Source: Haplodiscus bocki (taxonomy: Eukaryota). From it: a stretch of DNA of 64,000 nucleotides. The notes below the pieces were generated by a model. That model was not told the origin of the DNA, ran no database searches, and saw only the letters and a program-made list of their open reading frames with translations. The stretch lies in assembly GCA_965655095.1 (NCBI GenBank), contig OZ296656.1, forward strand, positions 39,804,001 through 39,868,000. Direction: 5' to 3'. Positions 23,040 to 33,819 of the stretch are shown here, one piece after another. Each line of letters begins with the position of its first letter. Position 1 is the stretch's first letter. The position numbers were made by a program, and so were the translations under genes.

Positions 23040-26000
23040 AAGACCCGTAAAAATTTGAACCAAAAATCCACCCCCCAGAGAGAACACTGTAAACGACCTC
23101 GCGATAGAGTCCATGGAAACCGTCCATGCGGAAGTTTGCACGGAAGATGCACCGGGGAATAACCCATGAGGAAAGCCCTGCAAAAGAGCGTGCCGAAAAA
23201 GCTTTGCGAAAGAAGGCGCGGAAAAGAGGCCCTGCACAAAAGCGCAAGGCAAAAACGCCTGCGATAAGGTGCCAGCAAAATTGATCTGCCGGAAAGCGCA
23301 CGGATTAAAGCACTAAGTAAAACGCACGAAGAAGCTCCTGGGAAAGAGGGCACGCAAAAAACCACTCCAAAGAGGCGCACGGATAAACCTACTGACGATG
23401 AGCCCATGGATACCTGCGTTGCGAAAGAAAGCCCGGGGAAACAGCCTCGCAACAGATAGCACGGAAAAAGCCCCCGCAAAAAACCCCTTGTAAGTTGCCC
23501 ACGCGAAACAGTTCACGGAAGATATCCCCAAGAAAGAGCCCATGGCAAACGCCCTGCGAAAAAAAGTACCAAAAAAGCCCCAGCGAAAGAACCCAGGGAA
23601 GTCTCACATGCAACAATATGCACGGAGGAGGCCCCGGAAAAAATGCACCAGAAAGTTACCCTCCCGATCGTGCACTGAAAAGGATCCTGCGAAAAATTCG
23701 ATTGAAACCGTCCACGTGAAAGATTGCAAAGGAGGTACCCCTTGGGAAAAAGCGCAAGGGAAAAATCATGCTAAAGAGCGCACACAGAATGGTTCTGTGG
23801 AAAAGTGCACGGGAGCAACCCTAAAAAAACGCGCTGGAAAAACCACTGCAAAAGAGCGCACGAAAATATGCCCTGCAAAGAAACGCACCCATAAACTTCA
23901 GAGGGATGAGCCCATGGATATCTCCACTGCGAAAGACTGCACGGTAAAACACGCCCCAAGAAGAGCAGAAAATAATCCCCCCCGCAAAAAAAAACCCACG
24001 GTAAAACCACTTACGAAAAAGTGCACGAAAAAAACCCTACGAAAGAGATCAGATGAAATGATCCTGCGAAAGAGCGCAGGAAAAAAACCGTTGCAAAAAA
24101 GTCTCGGAAAAAACTCAGCGATAAAGCGCACGGAAAGAGGCACTGCTAATTATCGTTCGGAAATAGCCCCCACGAAGGAGGTTATGGATATCCCCTTGCA
24201 GAAAAGTGCAGGATAAAAGCTCCACAAGAGAGAGTGTAAAAAGACCCTACCAAACAGTGCAGGTAAAAAGTTCCTGCAGAGAATTGCACACACGAAACCC
24301 TTGCGAAAGAGCGCACAAAAAAAGCCCCCCGCAAATGCTCCCATTGAAGTCTCCCCTGCAAAAAATTGCACGGAGAAAGACCCGGAAAAAAATGAACCAA
24401 AAATCCACCGCCCAGAGAGAACACTGTAAACGACCTCGCGAAAGAGTCCATGGAAACCGTCCATGCGGAAGTTTGCGCGGAAGGTGCACCGGGGAATAAC
24501 CCATGGGGAAAGCCCTGCAAAAGAACGTGCCGAAAAAGCTTTGCGAAAGAAGGCGCGGAAAAGAGGCCCTGCACAAAAGCGCAAGGCAAAAACGCCTGCG
24601 ATAGGGCGCCAGCAAAACTGATCTGCCGGAAAACGCACGGAGGAAAGCACTAAGTAAAACGCACGAAGAAGCTCCTGGGAAAGAGGGCACGCAAAAAACC
24701 ACTCCAAAGAAGCGCTCGGATAAAGCTACTGAGGATGAGCCCATGGATACCTCCGTTGCGAAAGAAAGCCCGGGGAAACAGCCTCGCAACAGATAACACG
24801 GAAAAAGCCCCCGCAAAAAAACCCTTGAAAGTTGCCCATGCGAAACAGTTCACGGAAGATATGCCCAAGAAAGAGCCCATGGTAAACGCCCTGCGAAAAA
24901 ACGTACCAAAAGAGCCCCAACGAAAGAGCCCAGGGAAGTCTCACATGCAAAAAGATGCACGGAGGAGGCCCCGGAAAAAATGCACGAAAAAGTTACCCTC
25001 CGGATAGTGCACTGAAAACGATCCCGCGAAAAATTCGATTGAAACCGTCAATGCGAAAGATTGCAAAGGAGGTACCCCTTGGGAAAAAGCCCAAGGGAAA
25101 AATCGTGCTAAAGAGCGCACACAGAATGGTTCTGTGGAAAAGTGCACGGGAGCAACCCTAAAAAAACGCACTGAAAAAACCACTGCAAAAGAGCGCACGG
25201 AAATGTGCTCTGCAAAGAAACGCACGCAAAAAGTTCAGAGTGATGAGCCCATGGATATCTCCACTGCGAAAGACCGCACGGTAAAACATGCCCCAAGAAG
25301 AGCAGAAAAAGTCCCCCCCGCAAAAAAAAACCACGGTAAAACCACTCGCAAAAAAGTGCACGAAAAAAAACCCCTACGAAAGAGAGCAGATGAAATGATC
25401 CTGCGAAAGAGCGCACGAATAAAAACCGTTGCATAAATGTCTCGGAAAAATCTCAGCGATAAAGCGCACGGAAAGAGGCACTGCTAATTATCGTTCGGAA
25501 ATTGCCCCCACGAAGGAGCTTATGGATATCTCCCTTGCAGAAAAGTGCAGGATAAAATCTCCACATGAGAGAGTGTACCGAAAAAGCCCCCGCGATGGAG
25601 CCCATAGAAATCTTCCCATCAAAAAAGCGCACGGAGAAAGCCCGGAAAAAATTGCACTGAAAAATATTCGGCGACAGAGGGCACTGAAAATGACCCTCCG
25701 AACAAATATTGGAAACCGTCCATGCGAAAGAGAGCACAAGAGATGCCCCTGCGAAAAGCCCACGGGAAAATCCCTGCAGAGGAGAGTGCGGAAGAAGCTT
25801 TCTGAAAGCGGTCGTGAAAAAAACCCCTGCAAAAAAGCGCGCTGCAAAAACTTCTGCGAAAGAGCGTGCCGAAAAGGCCACTGCGAAGAAGCGCACAGGA
25901 AAATCTCCTGGGTATGAGCCGATCGATATCTCCACTGCAAAAGAGTGCCAGGGAAAACAGCCCCACGAAAGAGAGCACGATAAAAGCTGCGCGAAAAGGT

Positions 26001-29000
26001 CCACGGGAAAAGCACATAACAAAAAGAGCACATAAAAAGACCCTACCAAACAGTGCAGGTAAAAAGTTCCTGCAGAGAATTGCACAGACGAAACCCTTGC
26101 GAAAGAGCGCACAAAAAAAGCCCCCCGCAAAAGCTCCCATTGAAGTCTCCCCTGCAAAAAATTGCACGGAGAAAGACCCGGAAAAAATGAACCAAAAATC
26201 CACCGCCCAGAGAGAACACTGTAAACGACCTCGCGAAAGAATCCATGGAAACCGTCCATGCGGAAGTTTGCGCGGAAGGTGCACCGGGGAATAACCCATG
26301 GGGAAAGCCCTGCAAAAGAGCGTGCCGAAAAAGCTTTGCGAAAGAAGGCGCGGAAAAGAGGCCCTGCACAAAAGCGCAAGGCAAAAACGCCTGCGATAGG
26401 GCGCCAGCAAAATTGATCTGCCGGAAAACGCACGGAGGAAAGCACTAAGTAAAACACACGAAGAAGCTCCTGGGAAAGAGGGCAGGCAAAAAACCACTCC
26501 AAAGAAGCGCACGGAAAAAGCTCCTGAGGATGAGCCCAGAGATGCCTCCGTTGCGAAAGAAAGCCCGGGGAAACAGCCTCGCAAGAGATAGCACGGAAGA
26601 AGCCCCCGCAAAAAACCCCTTGTAAGTTGTTCATGCGAAAAAGTTCACGGAAGATATCTCCAAGAAAGAGCCCATGGTAAACGCCTTGCGAAAAAACGTA
26701 CCAAAAAAGCCCCAGCGAAAGAGCCCAGGGAAGTCTCACATGCAAAAAGATGCACGGAGGAGGCCCCGGAAAAAATGCACCAAAAAGTTACCCTCCGGAT
26801 AGTGCACTGAAAACGATCCCGCGAAAAATTCGATTGAAATGGTCAATGCGAAAGATTGCAAAGGAGGTACCCCTTGGGAAAAAGCCCAAGGGAAAAATCG
26901 TGCTAAAGAGCGCACACAGAATGGTTCTGTGGGAAAGTGCACGGGAGCAACCCTAAAAAAACGCACTGAAAAAACCATTGCAAAAGAGTGCACGGAAATG
27001 TGCCCTGCAAAGAAACGCACGCAAAAAGTTCAGGGGGTTGAGCCCATGGATATCTCCACTGCGAAAGACTGCACGGTAAAACACGCCCCAAGAAGAGCAG
27101 AAAAAAGTCCCCCCCCCCGCAAAAAAAACCCACGGTAAAACCACTTACGAAAAAGTGCACGAAAAAAACCCTACGAAAGAGATCAGATGAAATGATCCTG
27201 CGAAAGAGCGCAGGAAAAAAAACCGTTGCAAAAAAGTCTCGGAAAAAACTCAGCGATAAAGCGCACGGAAAGAGGCACTGCTAATTATCGTTCGGAAATA
27301 GCCCCCACGAAGGAGGTTATGGATATCCCCTTGCAGAAAAGTGCAGGATAAAAGCTCCACAAGAGAGAGTGTAAAAAGACCCTACCAAACAGTGCAGGTA
27401 AAAAGTTCCTGCAGAGAATTGCACACACGAAACCCTTGCGAAAGAGCGCACAAAAAAAGCCCCCCGCAAATGCTCCCATTGAAGTCTCCCCTGCAAAAAA
27501 TTGCACGGAGAAAGACCCGTAAAAGTTTGAACCAAAAATCCACCCCCCAGAGAGAACACTGTAAACGACCTCGCGAAAGAGTCCATGGAAACCGTCCATG
27601 CGGAAGTTTGCACGGAAGATGCACCGGGGAATAACCCATGAGGAAAGCCCTGCAAAAGAGCGTGCCGAAAAAGCTTTGCGAAAGAAGGCGCGGAAAAGAG
27701 GCCCTGCACAAAAGCGCAAGGCAAAAACGCCTGCGATAAGGTGCCAGCAAAATTGATCTGCCGGAAAGCGCACGGATTAAAGCACTAAGTAAAACGCACG
27801 AAGAAGCTCCTGGGAAAGAGGGCACGCAAAAAACCACTCCAAAGAGGCGCACGGATAAACCTACTGACGATGAGCCCATGGATACCTGCGTTGCGAAAGA
27901 AAGCCCGGGGAAACAGCCTCGCAACAGATAGCACGGAAAAAGCCCCCGCAAAAAACCCCTTGTAAGTTGCCCACGCGAAACAGTTCACGGAAGATATCCC
28001 CAAGAAAGAGCCCATGGCAAACGCCCTGCGAAAAAAAGAACCAAAAAAGCCCCAGCGAAAGAGCCCAGAGAAGTCTCACATGCAACAATATGCACGGAGG
28101 AGGCCCCGGAAAAAATGCACCAGAAAGTTACCCTCCCGATCGTGCACTGAAAAGGATCCTGCGAAAAATTCGATTGAAACCGTCCACGTGAAAGATTGCA
28201 AAGGAGGTACCCCTTGGGAAAAAGCGCAAGGGAAAAATCATGCTAAAGAGCGCACACAGAATGGTTCTGTGGAAAAGTGCACGGGAGCAACCCTAAAAAA
28301 ACGCGCTGGAAAAACCACTGCAAAAGAGCGCACGAAAATATGCCCTGCAAAGAAACGCACCCATAAACTTCAGAGGGATGAGCCCATGGATATCTCCACT
28401 GCGAAAGACTGCACGGTAAAACACGCCCCAAGAAGAGCAGAAAATAATCCCCCCCGCAAAAAAAACCCACGGTAAAACCACTTACGAAAAAGTGCACGAA
28501 AAAAACCCTACGAAAGAGATCAGATGAAATGATCCTGCGAAAGAGCGCAGGAAAAAAAACCGTTGCAAAAAAGTCTCGGAAAAAACTCAGCGATAAAGCG
28601 CACGGAAAGAGGCACTGCTAATTATCGTTCGGAAATAGCCCCCACGAAGGAGGTTATGGATATCCCCTTGCAGAAAAGTGCAGGATAAAAGCTCCACAAG
28701 AGAGAGTGTAAAAAGACCCTACCAAACAGTGCAGGTAAAAAGTTCCTGCAGAGAATTGCACACACGAAACCCTTGCGAAAGAGCGCACAAAAAAAGCCCC
28801 CCGCAAATGCTCCCATTGAAGTCTCCCCTGCAAAAAATTGCACGGAGAAAGACCCGGAAAAAAATGAACCAAAAATCCACCGCCCAGGGAGAACACTGTA
28901 AACGACCTCGCGAAAGAGTCCATGGAAACCGTCCATGCGGAAGTTTGCGCGGAAGGTGCACCGGGGAATAACCCATGGGGAAAGCCCTGCAAAAGAACGT

Positions 29001-31600
29001 GCCGAAAAAGCTTTGCGAAAGAAGGCGCGGAAAAGAGGCCCTGCACAAAAGCGCAAGGCAAAAACGCCTGCGATAGGGCGCCAGCAAAACTGATCTGCCG
29101 GAAAACGCACGGAGGAAAGCACTAAGTAAAACGCACGAAGAAGCTCCTGGGAAAGAGGGCACGCAAAAAACCACTCCAAAGAAGCGCTCGGATAAAGCTA
29201 CTGAGGATGAGCCCATGGATACCTCCGTTGCGAAAGAAAGCCCGGGGAAACAGCCTCGCAACAGATAACACGGAAAAAGCCCCCGCAAAAAAACCCTTGA
29301 AAGTTGCCCATGCGAAACAGTTCACGGAAGATATGCCCAAGAAAGAGCCCATGGTAAACGCCCTGCGAAAAAACGTACCAAAAGAGCCCCAACGAAAGAG
29401 CCCAGGGAAGTCTCACATGCAAAAAGATGCACGGAGGAGGCCCCGGCAAAAATGCACGAAAAAGTTACCCTCCGGATAGTGCACTGAAAACGATCCCGCG
29501 AAAAATTCGATTGAAACCGTCAATGCGAAAGATTGCAAAGGAGGTACCCCTTGGGAAAAAGCCCAAGGGAAAAATCGTGCTAAAGAGCGCACACAGAATG
29601 GTTCTGTGGAAAAGTGCACGGGAGCAACCCTAAAAAAACGCACTGAAAAAACCACTGCAAAAGAGCGCACGGAAATGTGCTCTGCAAAGAAACGCACGCA
29701 AAAAGTTCAGAGGGATGAGCCCATGGATATCTCCACTGCGAAAGACCGCACGGTAAAACACGCCCCAAGAAGAGCAGAAAAAGTCCCCCCCGCAAAAAAA
29801 ACCACGGTAAAACCACTCGCAAAAAAGTGCACGAAAAAAAACCCCTACGAAAGAGAGCAGATGAAATGATCCTGCGAAAGAGCGCACGAATAAAAACCGT
29901 TGCATAAATGTCTCGGAAAAATCTCAGCGATAAAGCGCACGGAAAGAGGCACTGCTAATTATCGTTCGGAAATTGCCCCCACGAAGGAGCTTATGGATAT
30001 CTCCCTTGCAGAAAAGTGCAGGATAAAATCTCCACATGAGAGAGTGTACCGAAAAAGCCCCCGCGATGGAGCCCATAGAAATCTTCCCATCAAAAAAGCG
30101 CACGGAGAAAGCCCGGAAAAAATTGCACTGAAAAATATTCGGCGACAGAGGGCACTGAAAATGACCCTCCGAACAAATATTGGAAACCGTCCATGCGAAA
30201 GAGAGCACAAGAGATGCCCCTGCGAAAAGCCCACGGGAAAATCCCTGCAGAGGAGAGTGCGGAAGAAGCTTTCTGAAAGCGGTCGTGAAAAAAACCCCTG
30301 CAAAAAAGCGCGCTGCAAAAACTTCTGCGAAAGAGCGTGCCGAAAAGGCCACTGCGAAGAAGCGCACAGGAAAATCTCCTGGGTATGAGCCGATCGATAT
30401 CTCCACTGCAAAAGAGTGCCAGGGAAAACAGCCCCACGAAAGAGAGCACGATAAAAGCTGCGCGAAAAGGTCCACGGGAAAAGCACATAACAAAAAGAGC
30501 ACATAAAAAGACCCTACCAAACAGTGCAGGTAAAAAGTTCCTGCAGAGAATTGCACAGACGAAACCCTTGCGAAAGAGCGCACAAAAAAAGCCCCCCGCA
30601 AAAGCTCCCATTGAAGTCTCCCCTGCAAAAAATTGCACGGAGAAAGACCCGGAAAAAATGAACCAAAAATCCACCGCCCAGAGAGAACACTGTAAACGAC
30701 CTCGCGAAAGAGTCCATGGAAACCGTCCATGCGGAAGTTTGCGCGGAAGGTGCACCGGGGAATAACCCATGGGGAAAGCCCTGCAAAAGAGCGTGCCGAA
30801 AAAGCTTTGCGAAAGAAGGCGCGGAAAAGAGGCCCTGCACAAAAGCGCAAGGCAAAAACGCCTGCGATAGGGCGCCAGCAAAATTGATCTGCCGGAAAAC
30901 GCACGGAGGAAAGCACTAAGTAAAACACACGAAGAAGCTCCTGGGAAAGAGGGCAGGCAAAAAACCACTCCAAAGAGGCGCACGGATAAACCTACTGACG
31001 ATGAGCCCATGGATACCTGCGTTGCGAAAGAAAGCCCGGGGAAACAGCCTCGCAACAGATAGCACGGAAAAAGCCCCCGCAAAAAACCCCTTGTAAGTTG
31101 TTCATGCGAAAAAGTTCACGGAAGATATCTCCAAGAAAGAGCCCATGGTAAACGCCTTGCGAAAAAACGTACCAAAAAAGCCCCAGCGAAAGAGCCCAGG
31201 GAAGTCTCACATGCAAAAAGATGCACGGAGGAGGCCCCGGAAAAAATGCACCAAAAAGTTACCCTCCGGATAGTGCACTGAAAACGATCCCGCGAAAAAT
31301 TCGATTGAAACGGTCAATGCGAAAGATTGCAAAGGAGGTACCCCTTGGGAAAAAGCCCAAGGGAAAAATCGTGCTAAAGAGCGCACACAGAATGGTTCTG
31401 TGGGAAAGTGCACGGGAGCAACCCTAAAAAAACGCACTGAAAAAACCATTGCAAAAGAGTGCACGGAAATGTGCCCTGCAAAGAAACGCACGCAAAAAGT
31501 TCAGGGGGATGAGCCCATGGATATCTCCACTGCGAAAGTCTGCACGGTAAAACACGCCCCAAGAAGAGCAGAAAAAAGTCCCCCCCCCGCAAAAAAAACC
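23040..31600 (+). repeat. ~4472-bp higher-order repeat (1337 + 1795 + 1340), about two copies
   Basis: Offsets of 4471-4472: 23313/27785, 24450/28922, 25429/29900, 26245/30716, 26736/31207. Shared private SNPs include AACCCATGAGG (23161/27633) and CACGAATAAAAACCGTTGCATAAATG (25414/29885). Confidence 0.88.
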
Positions 31601-33819
31601 CACGGTAAAACCACTTACGAAAAAGTGCACGAAAAAAACCCCTACGAAAGAGAGCAGATGAAATGATCCTGCGAAAGAGCGCAGGAAAAAAACACTTGCA
31701 AAAAAGTCTCGGAAAAAACTCAGCGATAAAGCGCACGGAAAGAGGCACTGCTAATTATCGTTCAGAAATAGCCCCCACGAAGGAGCTTATGGATATCTCA
31801 GTTGCAGAAAAGTGGAGGATAAAGGCTCCACATGAGAGAGTGTACCGAAAAAGCCCCCGCGATGGAGCCCATAGAAATCTTCCCAGCAAAAAAGCGCACG
31901 GAGAAAGCCCGGAGAAAATTGCACTAAAAAATATTCGGCGACAGAGGGCACTGAAAACGACCCTCCGAACAAATATTGGAAACCGTCCATGCAAAAGAGA
32001 GCACAAGAGATGCCCCTGCGAAAAGCCCACGGGAAAATTCCTGCAGAGGAGAGTGCGGAAGAAGCTTTCTGAAAGCGGTCGTGAAAAAAAAACCTGCAAA
32101 AAAGCACGCTGCAAAAACTTCTGCGAAAGAGCGCACAAAAAAAGCCCCCCGCAAAAGCTCCCATTGAAGTCTGCCCTGCAAAAAATTGCTCGGAGAAAGA
32201 CCCGGAAAAAAATGAACCAAAAATCCACCCCCCGAGAGAACACTGTAAACGACCTCGCGAAAGAGTCCATGGAAACCGTCCATGCGGAAGTTTGCGCGGA
32301 AGGTGCACCAGGGAATAACCCATGGGGGAAGCCCTGCAAAAGAGCGTGCCGAAAAAGCTTTGCGAATGAAGGCGCGGAAAAGAGGCCCTGCACAAAAGCG
32401 CAAGGCAAAAACGCCTGCGATAGGGCGCCAGCAAAATTGATCTGCCGGAAAACGCACGGAGGAAAGCACTAAGTAAAACGCACGAAGAAGCTCCTGGGAA
32501 AGAGGGCAAGCAAAAAACTACTCCAAAGAAGCGCACGGAAAAAGCTCCTGAGGATGAGCCCAGAGATGCCTCCGTTGCAAAAGAAAGCCCGGGGAAACAG
32601 CCTCGCAAGAGATAGCACGGAAAAAGCCCCCGCAAAAAACCCCTTGTAAGTTGTTCATGCGAAAAAGTTCACGGAAGGTAACTCCAAGAAAGAGCCCATG
32701 GTAAACGCCTTGCGAAAAAACGTACAAAAAAAAGCCCCAGCGAAAGAGCCCAGGGATGTCTCACATGCAAAAAGATGCACGGAGGAGGCCCCGGAAAAAA
32801 TGCACCAAAAAGTTACCCTCCGGATAGTGCACTGAAAACGATCCCGCGAAAAATTCGATTGAAACGGTCAATGCGAAAGATTGCAAAGGAGGTACCCCTT
32901 GGGAAAAAGCCCAAGGGAAAAATCGTGCTAAAGAGCGCACACAGAATGGTTCTGTGGGAAAGTGCACGGGAGCAACCCTAAAAAAACGCACTGAAAAAAC
33001 CATTGCAAAAGAGTGCACGGAAATGTGCCCTGCAAAGAAACGCACGCAAAAAGTTCAGGGGGATGAGCCCATGGATATCTCCACTGCGAAAGACTGCACG
33101 GTAAAACACGCCCCAAGAAGAGCAGAAAAAAGTCCCCCCCCGCAAAAAAAACCCACGGTAAAACCACTTACGAAAAAGTGCACGAAAAAAACCCCTACGA
33201 AAGAGAGCAGATGAAATGATCCTGCGAAAGAGCCCAGGAAAAAAACCCTTGCAAAAAAGTCTCGGAAAAAACTCAGCGATAAAGCGCACGGAAAGAGGCA
33301 CTGCTAATTATCGTTCAGAAATAGCCCCCACGAAGGAGCTTATGGATATCTCAGTTTCAGAAAAGTGGAGGATAAAGGCTCCACATGAGAGAGTGTACCG
33401 AAAAAGCCCCCGCGATGGAGCCCATAGAAATCTTCCCAGCAAAAAAGCGCACGGAGAAAGCCCGGAAAAAATTGCACTAAAAATATTCGGCGACAGAGGG
33501 CACTGAAAACGACCCTCCGAACAAATATTGGAAACCGTCCATGCAAAAGAGAGCACAAGAGATGCCCCTGCGAAAAGCCCACGGGAAAATTCCTGCAGAG
33601 GAGAGTGCGGAAGAATTTTTCTGAAAGCGGTCGTGAAAAAAAACCTGCAAAAAAGCACGCTGCAAAAACTTCTGCGAAAGAGCGCACAAAAAAAGCCCCC
33701 CGCAAAAGCTCCCATTGAAGTCTGCCCTGCAAAAAATTGCTCGGAGAAAGACCCGGAAAAAAATGAACCAAAAATCCACCCCCCGAGAGAACACTGTAAA
33801 CGACCTCGCGAAAGAGTCC
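30716..33819 (+). repeat. Two tandem ~1552-bp units (243-bp deletion variant)
   Basis: Spacings are 1553 and 1551. Junction CTTCTGCGAAAGAGCG|CACAAAAAAAG at ~32122 and ~33674 lies within a shared 12-bp TGCGAAAGAGCG (42163 vs 42406 in a full unit = 243 bp). Confidence 0.9.

Larger units (their letters stand above)
1418..24900 (+). repeat. Domain dominated by ~1337-bp units (457-bp deletion variant, 'left' SNP subfamily)
   Basis: Landmark spacings are 1334-1340 apart from three 1107/1108 units. Junction GAGAGAGTGT|AAAAAGACCCTACC. Typical SNPs: CCCGATCGTGCAC, AAGGATCCTG, TCCACGTGAAAG, CAACAATATG. Confidence 0.9.

Noticed and set aside
25453-26745. Long minus-strand ORFs (up to 430 aa, Phe/Arg/Cys/Leu-rich) here and throughout
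   Set aside because: They result from base composition: minus-strand stops need TTA/CTA/TCA on a T-poor + strand. All frames are open, the ORFs overlap and change frame between copies, and no domain is recognisable.
31663-32472. Lys/Arg-rich + strand ORFs (up to 269 aa) resembling histone H1 or protamine-like proteins
   Set aside because: Length and frame depend on homopolymer indels and deletion junctions that vary between copies, and there is no globular domain. A possible coding ancestry is kept as a hypothesis in the findings.
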